A DNA stretch of 64,000 bases from the NCBI RefSeq assembly GCF_009914755.1, contig NC_060936.1, one strand, 5' to 3'. The DNA comes from the human T2T-CHM13v2.0 reference genome, Homo sapiens. Shown in pieces: positions 1-15,700 of this stretch. The position numbers and the translations under genes are program-made. The notes beneath the pieces were generated by a model. It made no database searches and was not told the DNA's origin. It saw nothing but the letters and a program-made list of their open reading frames with translations. The first letter of the stretch is position 1. Each line of letters opens with the position of its first letter.

Positions 1-202
1 TGTTACAGAGGTATACATGTTCCATGGTGGTTTACTGCACCTATCCACCCAACATCTAGGTTTTAAGGCCCACATGCATTAGGTATTTGTCCTAATGCTC
101 TCCCTCTCCTTGCCCCCCGTCCCCTGTCAGGCCCCAGTGTGTGCTGTTCACCTCCCTGTGCCCATGTGTTCTCATTGTTCAACTCCCACTTATGAATGAG
201 AT
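1..202 (-). mobile_element. L1PA (L1PA7/8-like) 3' UTR segment, interrupted by the ERV9 provirus
   Basis: Reverse complement of a primate L1 3' UTR (catgcattaggtatttgtcctaatgctctccc...cccacttatgaatgag). Resumes at 5492 (catgtggtgttcggttttctg) after the provirus. Confidence 0.9.
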
Positions 203-763
203 TGAGAAGTGAAGCCAGCTGGACTTCTGGGTCAGGTGGGGACTTGGAGAACTTTTCTGTCTAGCTAAAGGATTGTAAATGCACCAATCAGCACTCTGTA
301 AAAACACACCAATCAGCACTCTGTGTCTAGCTAAAGGACTGTAAACACACCAATCAGCACTCTATAAAAAGGACCAATCAGCAGGATGTGGGTGGGGCTA
401 AATAAGAGAATAAAAGCTGGCCACCCAAGCCAGCAGTGGCAACCCGCTCAGGTCCCCTCCCACACTGTGGAAGCTTTGTTCTTTTGCTCTTCACAATAAA
501 TCTTGCTGCTGCTCACTCTTTGGGTCTGCACTACCTTTATGAGCTGTAACACTCACTGTGAGGGTCTGCAGCTTCACTCCTGAAGTCAGTGAGACCACGA
601 ACCCACCAGAAGGAAGAAACTCTGGACACATCTGAACATCTGAAGGAACAAACTCTGGACACACCATCTTTAAAAACTGTAACACTCACTGTGAGGGTCT
701 GTGGCTTCATTCTTGAAATCATCAAGACCAAGAACCCACAAGAAGGAATAAATTCTGGACACA
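203..763 (+). mobile_element. 5' LTR (LTR12F-like), 561 bp
   Basis: Starts tgagaagtgaagccagctggacttctgg. Has CCAATCAGCACTCTG repeats, AATAAA-type boxes and U5 repeats. Ends tctggacaca. Confidence 0.9.
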
Positions 764-766
764 TTT

Positions 767-784
767 TGGCAACCATGATGGGAC
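767..784 (+). promoter_or_regulatory. Primer-binding site (tRNA-Arg type, as in ERV9)
   Basis: tggcaaccatgatgggac lies 3 nt after the LTR end and resembles the ERV9 PBS TGGCGACCACGAAGGGAC. Confidence 0.75.
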
Positions 785-1865
785 TATCGACTATCGCCAA
801 GCGGTGAGTATCAGTGGACCTCTTTCGCTTGCTATTCTGTCCTATTTTTCCTTAGAATTCTGGGGCTAAATACTGGGCACCTGTCGGCCAGTTAAAAGTG
901 ACTAGCGCAGCCACCAGACTAAAGACACGGGTGTCAGGCTTTCTAGGAAAGGGCTCTCTAACAACCCCTGACTCTTTGGAGTTGGGAGTGTTGGTTTGCC
1001 TGGAACCAGCTTCCGCTTTTTTACTTCTTCTGGACTGAGCCAAAGGTCAACAGAGAGGAAAGCCATTCAGATCTGGGTTCCTGACAACAAGTTGGTTGAC
1101 CCTGCGGCCATAAGCAGAACTCTCAAAGTTGTGTCGCCCAAGTGAGACTTGCCTATCTACCGTATCTATCCTGACCCTTGCCTCCTGGGTCCTAATGCCT
1201 GTCAGACAAACTTTCTCTTGCCTCTCTTCTCTGAGGCTAGTCCCACTTCTAAAAACTACTCCCTGTCTCTGGTACTTTTCTAGTTTCTCCTATAAGAATG
1301 ATTTCTAGTATAAACTCCAGGACTCTATTCCCATCTTTAGGCACCCGGGCTCACCAATCAGAAAGACAAAATTTTTGCCCAAAGCCCCATTGGAGGGAGA
1401 GGGGGGAATTATCTAATCTGGAATTTTAGGATCCCTCCTTAGACTAGCAGGCCTAACAAAAGCTATTCCTGAAGCTAGGATATGGGTAGCTTCAGAAATG
1501 ATATCCTTCCTATTCAAGTGAGGACAAAATGTGTTACTCTTCCAACCCTGGAGATCCCTTCCCTCCCTCAGGGTATGGCCCTCCACTTTATTTTTGGGGC
1601 ATAACATCTTTATAAGACAGTGGTAAGGTCCCAGTACTAACAGGAGAAAGCTTAGGACTCTAACAGGTTTTCTAGAATGCGTTGGTAAGGGCCACTACAT
1701 CTGATTTTTCTTGTTCCTCTTTGTGGTCTAGGAGGGAAAACTAGTGTTTCTGCTGCTGCGTCAGTGAGTGCAACTATTCCGATCAGCAAGATCCAGGGAC
1801 CGTTGTGGGTTCTTGCGTGGGAGAGAAACAAACAAACCAAAACCATGGGTGGTTTTGTCTTTCAG

Positions 1866-3316
1866 ATGGGAAACACTCAGGCATCATCAGCTCACCCTTA
1901 AAATGCATCCTAAGCCATTGGGACCAATTTGACCCACAAACCCTGAAAAAGAGGCAGCTCATTTTTTTCTGCACTATGGCTTGGTCCCAATTTTCTCTCT
2001 CTGATGGGGAAAAATGGCCACCTGAGGGAAGTATAAATTACAATACTATCCTGCAGCTTGACCTTTTCTGTAAGAGGGAAGGCAAATGGGGTGAAATACC
2101 TATGTCCAAACTTTCTTTTCATTGAAGGAGAATACACAACTATGCAAAGCTTGCAATTTACATCCCACAGGAAGACCTCTCAGCTTACCCCCATATCCTA
2201 GCCTCCCTATAGCTCCCCTTCCTATTAATGATAAGCCTCCTCTAATCTCCCCTGCCCAGAGGGAAACAAGCAAAGAAATCTCCAAAGGACCACAGCCTCC
2301 CCCTGGGCTATCAGTTATGTCCCCTTCAAGCTGTAGGGGGAGGGCAATTTGGCCCAACCCAGGTACATGTCCCCTTCTCCCTCTCTGATTTAAAGCAGAT
2401 TGAGGCAGACCTCGGGAAGTTTTCAGATGATCCTGATAGGTACATAGATGTCCTACAGGGTCTAGGACAAACTTTCGATCTCGCTTGGAGAGATGTTATG
2501 CTATTGTTAGATAAAACCCTGGCCTTTAATGAAAAGAATGAGGCTTTAGCTGCAGTCCGAGTTTGGAGATACCTGGTATCTTAGTCAAGTAAATGATAGA
2601 ATGATAGCTGAAGAAAGGGGCAAATTCCCTACTGGTCAGCAAGCCAATGACAGTGTGGATCCCCACTGGGACCTTGACTCAGATTATGGGGACTGGAATC
2701 ACAAACATCTGTTGACCTGTGTTCTAGAAGGACTAAGGATAATTAGGAAAAAGCTGATGAATTATTCAATGATGTCCACCATAACTCAGGGAAAGGAAGA
2801 AAATCCTTCCACCTTCCACGAGTGGCTATGGGGAGCCTTAAGAAAATATACTCCCCTGTCAACCAACTCACTCGAGGGTCAGTTGATTCTAAAGATAAGC
2901 TTATTACCCAATCAGTTGCAGATATCAGGAGAAAGCTCCAAAAGGGAGCCCTGGGCCCTCAACAAAATCTGGAGACATTATTAAACCTGGCAAACTTGGT
3001 GTTCTATACTAGGGACCAAGGGGAACAGGCCAAAAATGAAAAGCATGATCAGAGTAAGGCCACAGCCTTAGTCATGGCCCTCAGACAAACAAACCTTAGT
3101 GGTTCAGAGAGGACAGAAAGGGGAGCAGGCCACTCAACCAGAAGGGCTTGTTATCAGTGTGGGGTGCAAGGACACTTTAAAAAAGACTGTCCAATGAAGC
3201 TGCCCCCTCACCCATGTCCACTATGCCAAGGCAATCACTGGAAGGTGCACTGTCCCAGAGGACAAAGATTCTCTGGGCCAGAAGCCCCCAACCAGATGAT
3301 CCAACAACAGGACTGA
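1866..3316 (+). pseudogene. gag: ERV9 gag remnant (frameshifted)
   Basis: ATG GGA AAC (MGNTQ) at 1866. Matrix-like WPPEGSINYNTILQLDLFC, MHR-like ITQGKEENP, and zinc knuckles CYQCGVQGHFKKDC and CPLCQGNHWKVHC are spread across several ORFs. Stop TGA at 3314-3316. Confidence 0.9.
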
Positions 3317-3720
3317 GGGTGCCTAGGGCAAGCACTAATTCGTGTCATCACCCTCACTGAGCCCTGGGTACATTTAACCATTGAGGGCCAGGAAGTTGCT
3401 TCCTCCTGGACACTGGCACAGCTTTCTCAGTATTAATCTCCTCTCCTGGACAGCTGTCCTCAATGTCCGCTACCATCTGAGGAATCCTGGGACAACCTGT
3501 AACCAGGTATATCTCCCACCTCCTTAGTTGTAATTGAGAGACTTTGCTACAGATAGTAAGTATGCTTATCTAATCCTACATGCCCATGCTGCAATATGGA
3601 AAGAAAGGGAGTTCCTAACCTCTGGGGGAACCCCCATTAAATACCACAAGGAAATCATGGAGCTATTGCATGCAGTGCAAAAGCCCAAGGAGATGGCAGT
3701 CTTAGACTGCTGAAGCCATC
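3317..3720 (+). pseudogene. Protease remnant joined to an RNase H remnant (RT deleted)
   Basis: FLLDTGTAFSV protease motif near 3400-3432. After ~3545 the sequence reads TDSKYAYLILHAHAAIWKERE...HAVQKPKEMAVL (RNase H). Confidence 0.85.
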
Positions 3721-3721
3721 A

Positions 3722-3930
3722 AAAAGGGGAAGGAGAGAGGAGAACAGCAGCATAAGTGGCTGGCAGAGGCAGGGAAAGACCAGCAGAAAGGAAAGAGAGA
3801 AAAAGGCAGAAAGTCAGAGAGAGAGAGACAGAGAGAGGAAGAGATAGAGACAGAAAGTCAAAGAGAGAAGGAAAGAGAGGAAGAGACAAAGTCTTCAAAG
3901 AGAGAGAAAGAGATAGAAGTAGTAAAGAAA
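3722..3930 (+). repeat. GA-rich low-complexity tract inside the provirus
   Basis: Nearly pure purine run (gagagagacagagagaggaagag...). Confidence 0.85.
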
Positions 3931-3959
3931 AAACAGTGTACCCTATTCCTTTAAAAGCC

Positions 3960-4560
3960 AGGGTAAATTTCTGTCTACCCAGTCAAGGCATATTCTTCTT
4001 ATGTGGAACAGCAACTTATACCTGCCTCTCAGACAGTTTGCAAGAAATAATGAAAGCTATCCTTACTCTACAATCCCAAATAGACTTTGGCAGCAGTGAC
4101 TCTCCAAAACTGCCAAGGCCTAGACTGCCTCACTGCTGAGAAAGGAGGACTCTGCACCTTCTTATGGGAAAAGTGTTGTTTTTACATTAACCAGTCAGGG
4201 ATAGTATGAGATGCCACCCAGCGTTTATAGGAAAAGGCTTCTGAAATCAGACATAGCCTTTCAAACTCTTTTACCAACCTCTGGAGTTGGGCAACATGGC
4301 TTCTCCCCTTTCTAGATCCCATGACAGCCATCTTAATATTACTCTCCTTCGGGCCCTGTATTTTTAACCTCCTTGTCAAATTTGTTTCCTCTAGGATCGA
4401 GGCCATCAAGCTACAGATGGTCTTACAAATGGAACCCCAAATGATCCCAACTAACAACTTCTACCAAGGACCCCTGGACTGACCCACTGGCCCTTTCACT
4501 GGCCTAAAGAGTTCCCCTGTGGAGGATGCTACAACTGCAGGGCCCCGTCTTTGCCCCTAT
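3960..4560 (+). pseudogene. env: env remnant (SU end fragment plus TM)
   Basis: FCLPSQGIFFLCGT, then [41 protein letters not shown] (immunosuppressive domain and CX6CC), with frameshifts and stops. Confidence 0.85.
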
Positions 4561-4634
4561 CCAGTAGGAAGTAGCTTGAGTGGTCATCACCCAATTTCCA
4601 ACAGCAATTGGGGTGTCCTGTTTAAAGGGGAAAT

Positions 4635-5487
4635 TGAGAGGTGAAGCCAGTTGGACTTCTGGGTCAGATGGGGACTTGGATAACTTTTCTGTCTAGCTAA
4701 AGGATTGTAAATGCACCAATCAGAACTCTGTAAAAACACACCAATCAATGCTCTGTGTCTAGCTAAAGGATTATAAATGCACCAATCAGCACTCTGTAAA
4801 AAAGCACCAACCAGCACTCTGTGTCTAGCTAAAGGATTGTATATGCACCAATCAGCACTCTGTAAAAATGCACCAATCAGTGCTCTGTGTCTAGCTAAAG
4901 GATTGTAAATGCACCAAGCAGCACTCTCTAAAAACACACCAATCAGCACTCTGTGTCTAGCTAAAGGATTGTAAACACACCAATCAGCACTCATAAAATG
5001 GACCAATAAGAAGGATGTGGTTGGGGCCAAATAAGGGAATAAAAGCTGGCCACCCAAGCAAGTAGCAGCAACCCTCTTGGGTCCCCTTCCATGCTGTGGA
5101 AGCTTTGTTCTTTTGCTCTTCACGATAAATCTTGCTGCTGCTCACTCTTTGTGTCTGCACTACCTTTATGAGCTCACTGCAAGGGTCTGAGGCTTCATTC
5201 CTGAAGTCAGCAAGACCACAGACCCAGCAGGTGGAGCAAAGAACTCCAGATATGCCACCTTTAAGAGCTGTAACACTCACTATGAAGGTCTGCAGCTTCA
5301 CTCCTGAAGTCAGCAAGACCACGAACCCACCGGAAGGAAGAAACTCCGGACACATCTGAACATCTGAAGGAGCAAACTCCAGACACACCTTCTTTAAGAA
5401 CTGTAACACTCACCATGAGGGTCCGTGCCTTCATTCTTGAAGCCAGCAAGATCGGGAACCCATTGGAGGTAACCAACTTCAGACACA
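4635..5487 (+). mobile_element. 3' LTR (LTR12 family), 853 bp
   Basis: Follows the polypurine tract aaaggggaaat. Starts tgagaggtgaagccag and has five tctagctaaagga units at 66-bp spacing. Ends cagacaca before the TSD. Confidence 0.92.
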
Positions 5488-5491
5488 AGAT

Positions 5492-5953
5492 CATGTGGTG
5501 TTCGGTTTTCTGTTTATGTGATACCATCTCATACCAGTTAGAATGACAATTATTAAAAAGTCAGGAAACAACAGATGCTGGTGAGGCTGTGGAGAAATAG
5601 GAATGCTTTTACACTGTTGGTGGGAGTGTGTAAATTAGTTCAACTATTGTGGAAGACAGTGTGGTGAATTCTCAAGGATCAAGAACCAGAAATACCATTT
5701 GACCCAGCAATCCCATTACTGGGTATATACCCAAAAGATTATAAATTATTCTAATATAAAGACACATGCACATGTGTGTTTATTGCAGCACATTTATAAT
5801 AGCAAAGACTCAGAACCCACCCAAATGCCCATCAATGATAGGCTGGATAAAGAAAATGTGGCAAATATATGCCTTGGAATACTATGCAGCCATAAAAAGA
5901 ATGAGTTCATGTCATTTGCAGGGACATGGATGAAGCTGGAAGTCATCATTCTC
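5492..5953. mobile_element. Rest of the host L1PA: minus-strand piece 5492-5520 and inverted plus-strand ORF2 end 5521-5953
   Basis: The plus piece ends at catcattctc, about 10 nt upstream (in L1 coordinates) of where the minus piece begins. This is twin-priming geometry. Confidence 0.85.
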
Positions 5954-7050
5954 TTCATGACCTTTTTATTGGTAATGAGTTCTTTGACATGACACCAAAA
6001 GCACAAACAACCAATTTTTTTAAAAAATAGACAATGTGGAATTATCATAACTAAAAATATTGTACTTCAAAAGACACCATAAAGAAAATAAATGGACAAC
6101 CCAGAGAATGGGGGAACATATTTGCAAAGCATCTGAAAAAGGACTTGAATATGAAATAAAGAACACTTACAACTCAATAGTAAAACACAAATATAAATCT
6201 ACCTAAAAAATGGGGAAAACATTTGAATAGACATTTTTCAAAGATGATACACGCATATCTGATAAACACATAAAAAATGGTCAACATCATTAGCTTTAAT
6301 GGAAATGCAAGTCATACCCACAATGAGATTTCACCTAACACATGTAAGATGACTATAACCAAAAAGATTGATAATTTGTAAGTGTTAGCAAGAAAGTAGA
6401 GAAACTGGAGCACTTACACATTGCTAGTGGAAATTTTAAATGGTGGAGCTGCTATAAAAAGGAGTTGGCTCAAAATATTAAATATTCTATTAACATATAA
6501 CTCAGAAATTCTACTTTTAGGTATGTATCCAAGAGAATTGAAAACATATATCTATATAAAAGATTGTACACGAATGTTTATAGCAGCCATATTAATAACA
6601 GCCAAAAGATGACAAAACCTCAAATGTCTTTCAACTGATTAATGTATACAGAAAATATGATGTACCCATACAATGAAGTATTATCCAGACATAAAAACTA
6701 ATAAGGTACTGATACCGCAACATGAATGCATCTTGAAAAATTATGCTAACTGAAAGAGCTCAGACAAAAAAGACCATTAAAAACTCCATACAGACAGAAA
6801 ATAGTTTATTGTTTTCCAGGAACTGTGGCAAACAATAAACTATTTTCTCTCTGTATGGATCACACCTCCTGTGTCAGGGTAAGGGGCTGTGATTGTTAAT
6901 GGATGTGAGGTTTCTTTGTGAGGTAATAAAAATGTTCCAAAATTAGGTAGTGGTGATGATTGAACAACTTTGTGAGTATACTAAAAAACACTGAATTGTG
7001 TACTTTATAAGGATGAATTTTATAGTATTAAATTATATCTCAATGAAACT
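5954..7050 (+). mobile_element. Old L1M (L1MB-like) ORF2 end and 3' UTR
   Basis: Diverged L1 ORF2 C-terminal sequence and an L1MB-type 3' end (ggtagtggtgatgattgaacaactttgtgagtatactaaaaaacactgaattgtgtacttt). Confidence 0.8.
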
Positions 7051-7945
7051 ATTACTTTTTAAAATTCATAGGCACAAATAAATAAGATCTCTTGTTATGG
7101 CTCTTTACAAAACCATTGTACACCTTCTCAATATAGCTCAGCCTGGAAACACAGTGCATAAGCAACATTAACAAAAATGGATTGAGTTTTTAAGAAAGTA
7201 AAACAGCACTTATTTTAAGATGGGATTTAAATAAACTACAAGTTTCATCTGTGTTTCCTATTAGTCCAATAGCCTTAAATTTATTCCTTGGCCTACAATG
7301 CCAACAGAAATTAACAGCAGTGATAATCTCAATGAATCTGTTAACTGATTCTTCTGGACTTTACTTAAATATATTCCAGTAGAAAGCCAGCTTTATTTTC
7401 CTACTTCTATGGGTGATTATAGCCTTAGGCAGTAATGCTTCTAACAAATATAATTCACATTCTGATCGATTTGTTTCTTTATTATGCTATTTATTGATAC
7501 TCTGCAATAATTGTATTGCTCCTTAAGTTACACTAATAACGTATTCAAAACTAACTTGTTTATAGTGCATTTTACTAGAAGGTTAGTTGTGATTTATTTA
7601 GGAAGAAATGAAAAATACACTTTGCCTTATGTACCCTATTACTATAATACTACACTATTTCTATTTATTTTAATTATACATTAAAATTTTAAGTACTCTA
7701 AATCTTAGGAGAAAGAATATTTATTTCATACTCTATCAGGTGAGACATAGAAACTTAACTTCAGCAAAATGGAATTATATTCTTCTCTTACATAAAAGAA
7801 GTCTATGACTGGTACACTGGCCCCATGAGGTACACTTGCAGTTTTCTGCTTTTTATCCCTGACAAGGCCTTCATCTTCCTGATCTAGAATGGACGCTTAA
7901 CCTCCAACCATCACATTTCCCATCACATTCCAGGAAGCATGATTT

Positions 7946-10503
<2,558 letters not shown>

Positions 10504-11109
10504 TGATTTAAAAAAAAGGGCAAAGATCTGAGATCTCGCAGAAGTTTCAGAAGCACTTTTACATACATTTCATTGACCAATATTTAATTACTTCACTCCT
10601 TCTACCTTCAGGGAGGGCTGAAGTATGTAGCATCATACCCTCTCTTCTGGGAAACAGATAAAATTTGGTTTCTTATTAATTAACAAGAAGGAAAGAAAGG
10701 GTATTAAAGTAAACCAGCAGTCTGTACCATATGTACACCAGTCCTTTACTTTTGTTCATATGACAGTGTTTTAAATACTCTGCCCATATCCTCACATTTC
10801 TGTCCAAAAGTACCTAAGGAAGGAGTAAATATTCACTTCCCAAATGGCAGAATACCTTGTCTTAAATTCTATTAGATGACAAATTCTATGCAAGATGAAA
10901 GAAAGTGGTTTTTTTCTGATGATTGCTTTACAATACTGAAATCCTTCATTGTCTTTCAGAGTTGTGCATACATTTATACTAATAATTCCAAGAATAAAAA
11001 TGCCGTATAAAATGTAAATCTTCTTGAAGTTTTTACTTTCTTTCATTAATTGTAATTTTCTGGTTTCATATCTATACAATGCATATTATTCTTACTTTTT
11101 AAAAATTAA

Positions 11110-11630
11110 TATATATACAATGGAATACTATTCAGCCATAAAAACAATAAAATCCTGTCATTTTGGACAACATGGATGAACCTAGAGGACATTATGTTAA
11201 GTGAAAGAAGCCAAGCACAGTAAGACAAATACCACCTAGTCTCATTCATATATTGAATTTTTAAAAAGTTAGTCTTAAAGAAGTAGAGAGTAAAATAGTG
11301 GTTACAAGGGTGTGGGGAGAGTAGGAGGAAACAGAGGATAGGAAGAAGTTGGTTAATGGGTAAACAAAATAGAAGGAATAAATTCTGGTGTTCTATTAAA
11401 TAGTAGAATTATTAGAGTTAACAATATTATATATTTCAAAATAGCCAGAAATTATGATTTTGAATCTTTTCACAAACAAATGAAAAGTGTTAGAGGTGAT
11501 GCATATGCTAATTAACCTGATTAGATCATTACACAATGTGTTGATTTATTGAAATATTACTCTGTACCCCATGATATGTATAATTATATGACAATTAAAA
11601 AACAAAATCAAACTTTAAGAAAGAAAAAGA
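11110..11630 (+). mobile_element. L1MA 3' end
   Basis: caatggaatactattcagccataaaa...catggatgaacctagaggacattatgttaagtgaa, followed by an L1MA-type UTR and an A-rich tail. Confidence 0.85.
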
Positions 11631-12059
11631 AAATATTATATATAACCAAGTTTTAAATTCAAGAATTATTGATATATTTATAATAGTAATAAGAATATTG
11701 ATATTAAAAACTATTTTTCTGTCTATTCCTCCCTATTTACCTGTATTGTTACCCAGAGGCAACCACTTTCAAGCCTTTTAACTGTTTCTTCTGATACTAA
11801 TATCCATTTATCTAAATAAAATATACTATTTCTTCTTAACCATTTTTTAAAATTATCTATTTTCTTTTTCTTAGGGTAGTGAAGAAGATATCTCTCTACT
11901 ATACTTCCTCTAACTTCACCTTCCCCATTCTCTCAAGATATTTGTATCATTTGTTTTTGTTTTCTTTTGTTAAAAGCTATAGTCAGAATTTACATTATTA
12001 AGACAATGTGCAATCTGGTCACCTCTTGTATCTCACTTCTTGGAAGAAGCCAACATTGT

Positions 12060-12300
12060 TGCATCCTGAATCTGAGGGCAGTTTGGAGGCTGAAAAAAAT
12101 ATCTCAGTACTTTCTCTGAAGGCCATCAACTGATTGGATGAAGCCTATCTGCATGATGGTTGGTAATCTGCTTTATTCAAAGAATATTAATTGAAATATT
12201 AATCACATTTAGTAAAAAACCTTCACAATAGCATCTAGTCTGGTGTTTGACAAAAACAACTGAGCATTATAGCCCAGTCAAGGTGACACAGAAAACTATC
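12060..12300 (-). mobile_element. MLT2-family (ERVL) LTR fragment
   Basis: caactgattggatgaagcc...ctggtgtttgac...ccagtcaaggtgacacagaaaact matches the reverse complement of the MLT2 5' end. Confidence 0.7.
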
Positions 12301-12339
12301 CTTGAGAGTATGAGGAGAACCTCCTATTAAAGATTTCCG

Positions 12340-13450
12340 CTGTTTTTCAACCCAATACTTCAATGTATTTCCAAAGAATAAGATATTCTCTTACATAGCC
12401 ACAAGAGTTATCAACATCAGTACATATCATATTGATGCAACACTTTCAGCCAACATGATATTCATATTCCAATTTTGACAATTGACAAATAATGTCATTT
12501 CTAAAATATTTATTTTTCCAGCTCCAGTTCCAGTCCAGAGTCATGTACTGCACTTAGTTGCCAGGCTTCTTTATAATTGATACAGTTACTCAGACTTTGT
12601 CTTTTATGACATGGACACATTTTAAGAACACAGCCACCCCCTTTTTTATTTTTGTAATAGAACACTCTTCATTTTTAATTTGATATTGCTTCATAATTAG
12701 ACTACATAAGTCTAAGCTTTACTAAAAACATTTCTATCTGGAAAACTACAAAAATGATGGTGTGTCCTTCTCAAGGTTTCAAGTCTGGAGGCTACTTGGG
12801 TACCAATAATTTTGATCACTTGCTCAAGATATTATCAAATATCTTCCATTTATAGTTACTATTGTTTTCTGCAATTAATAAGCAGTCTGTTGGAAGACAC
12901 TTTAAGATCAAAACATATCTCGCTCCTAATCAAATCCCTCTACCCAGATTTAGCATCCATTAATGTTTCTTGGAGGACCCAATTAAAACTATAATGGTTT
13001 TGAAATAGTTTTCAGACTCCAGCACTTCCTCCAAATTTTCCAGTCAACACTTCTTCCCAATTTATTTTAGTATTTATCTATTTAACATTAACATAAGTAT
13101 AGAAATTTCTATTTCTTCAACGATTTATAACTAATTCTAGTCTTTCATTATTTTACTGCCCAGATTATCTTGGGCTTGGCCAGTTGAAGATTCTTTGGTC
13201 TCCTGTGTTCTTGTTATTTTCCCTTGTCATTTTTTTCTTGGCAGTTCTTTAATTTCTGACATAACAAAGTGTTCCCAGCTCATCTTGCTCTTATCTGGAT
13301 GCAGCCTTGGGATCTAATTTTTCTGAGATGTCCTAGTTTCTTTTAGCAAGGAATGGTATTAGAAACCAAATTCTGGGCACTAGGTGTGTTCATTGTCATT
13401 TCTGTTTCTTTGGTTGTAATTTCTCTCAGTGGAGGCAGGTAGGAGCTATA
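12340..13450 (-). mobile_element. Old L1MC/L1ME-type 3' region
   Basis: Motifs such as aagatattctcttacatagccaca and gaatggtattagaaaccaaattctgggcactaggtgtgttcattg. Confidence 0.6.
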
Positions 13451-14019
13451 TGTATGTAATGCATATAACCAAATATAGCCACATAAATACATATATGCAT
13501 AAACACATACATATATGTGCAAATATACATGCAGTTACACATGCATATATACATTTTTAAATAATACTTTCAATTACATTTATTGTCATGGATTTTCCCT
13601 TGTTTCCCCTGATTTCATATGTCTTCCTTTTTCTACTTTACATTTCCTAACAACATAAATTTCTTTATTCATATGCTCATATTCCTATTATGTATCTAAG
13701 ACAGATTCTGAATTGCTTTACCTATACAATGACAAAAACAACCTAGCAAAAAAAGCTCAGGATTTGTTTTTAGTACCTTTGCACTCTGCCTAAAACTTGT
13801 TGAATACTGTGCTCATATATTATAATATCAGAATTATTATTTTATGAGAATATTATTCATTTGACATAGTTGGGTTTCTCATAGATTCCTTTTATTTTTA
13901 TCCTTCTCCCAATTCTTATTGATTTAACATTTTAAAAATACATTCAATATTAACATTTCTCAAAACTCAAATGAGATAAAAACAGTAGATTTAGAAAAAT
14001 GTCACTTCCTCTTACTTTA

Positions 14020-14340
14020 CAGATGTCTTCCTGTTTGTGGGTTTCACATCCACAGTTCAAGCAACCATGGACTGAAAATATTCAAAGTCAAAAAACAATA
14101 AAAATAACTACAATAATAATAAACAAAACCAGAGTACAACATCTATTTACATATTATTTACATTGTATTAGGTATTATGAATAATCTAAAGATGATTTAA
14201 AGTGTATGAGATGTGTGTATGTTATATGCAAATACTATGCCATTTTATGTAAGGGACTACAGCATCTGCAGATTTCAGTATCCACAGGGGTACCTGTAAA
14301 TTGGTCCTGAAACCAATCCCCTATAGGTACTGCAGAATGA
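14020..14340. mobile_element. MER2 (TcMar-Tigger MITE)
   Basis: gtgggtttcacatccacagttcaa...agggactacagcatctgcagatttcagtatccacagggg...aaccaatcccc. Confidence 0.8.
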
Positions 14341-15539
14341 ATATTCTCATCTTTCTCCATTGGACCCCTTGTAATTGACCAACTTCATTGTCTTCTGGTT
14401 TCCTAAGTTTCTTCTATAGAGATAAGCAGATATGTATATTTCTTTATTTCTCCTTTTTTTTTTTTACACCAAAGTAGCATACTATATATGCTATTTTGCA
14501 CTTTGGTTTTTCTCCTTAATATTTTCTGTAAGTAACTTCGTATCAATTTATAAAGTGCTTCCTCAGTTTTTTTTCAACTGCATAATTATTCCATTGTGTT
14601 TAAGTACCATTATTTCTACAATAATCTCTTATGTTTGAACATTAGGGTATTTTCCAGTATTTTACAATTGCATACAATATTTTCTTTTTTAAAAAATTTT
14701 ATTCCTTTTTGGTGTTTCTATGTGTGTTTTTGGCCCATTTTCTATAGGATTTTTCTGTTTTTATTTCTCAATTTTTTCAAAAGCTATTTTATAGTAAAGA
14801 TATTAGCCCTTTATTTATTCCAATCACTTTTCTTTTGATTTTACTTATGATTTTCATTTGTTTTGAAGATCATGAAGATAGTTTAAAAACCAATTTTTGT
14901 AGTCAAATTAGAAAATCTTTTCCAACACCCAGTTTATTGAGGAACTCAGCTATGTTTTCTAGTACTTGCATAGTTTTGAGTTTTACATTTATAATAAAAG
15001 AAGGGTAGAATTGAAGGAGAAATTTCAAGTTCACTTTTGGCATATTGAGCTTCAAATGCCTAGGAGACCGTGATGGTTAATTTCATGTCAGCTTGATTGG
15101 ACCACATAATGCCCAGATAGCTGGTTAAACACTATTTTTAGGTGTGTCTGTGAAAGTGTTCCTGGAAGAAATTAGCATTTGAATCAGTAGACTGGTAAAG
15201 TAGATTGCCCTCCCAGTGTGGATGGGCATTATCCATCCAATCCACTGAGGGCCTGAACAGAACAAAAAGGTAGAGGAAAGGAGAATTTGCTTTCTCTGCC
15301 TGAGTGGCCTGGGACATGAGTCTTCACCTGCCCTCAGACTGGCACTTATTCCATCAGTGCTTCTGGTTCTCAGGCCTTTGGACTTGGACTTGAACTACAC
15401 CATCGGCTTTTCTGGGCCTTCTGCTCACACATGGCAGATCATGGGACCTCAGGTTCCGTAATCATATTGGCCAATACTTCATAATAAATGTCTCTCTTTG
15501 TCTTTCTCACTGTCTTCATTTCTCATTTCTTTCCTTCTT

Positions 15540-15700
15540 TCTCTCTCTCTCTCTCTCTATATATATATGTGTATATATATGTGTATATATGTGTATATAT
15601 GTGTGTATATATAGTATATATATGTATATCTATATATATACATGTGTATATATATATATATATATACATATATGTGTGTGTGTGCATGTGTGTGTGTGTG
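15540..15700. repeat. Compound (CT)n(TA)n(TG)n microsatellite
   Basis: Seen directly in the sequence. Confidence 0.95.

Larger units (their letters stand above)
203..5487 (+). mobile_element. ERV9 (HERV9/LTR12 family) provirus, internally deleted and defective
   Basis: Two TG...CA LTRs, 4-bp TSD AGAT (199-202, 5488-5491), PBS after the 5' LTR, gag/pro/RNaseH/env remnants, and a purine tract before the 3' LTR. Confidence 0.93.

Noticed and set aside
491-5527. ORFs of 60-178 aa over the LTRs (e.g. 4587-5123, 4984-5409)
   Set aside because: Antisense translations of LTR12 tandem repeats. The peptide periodicity simply mirrors the 66-bp DNA unit.
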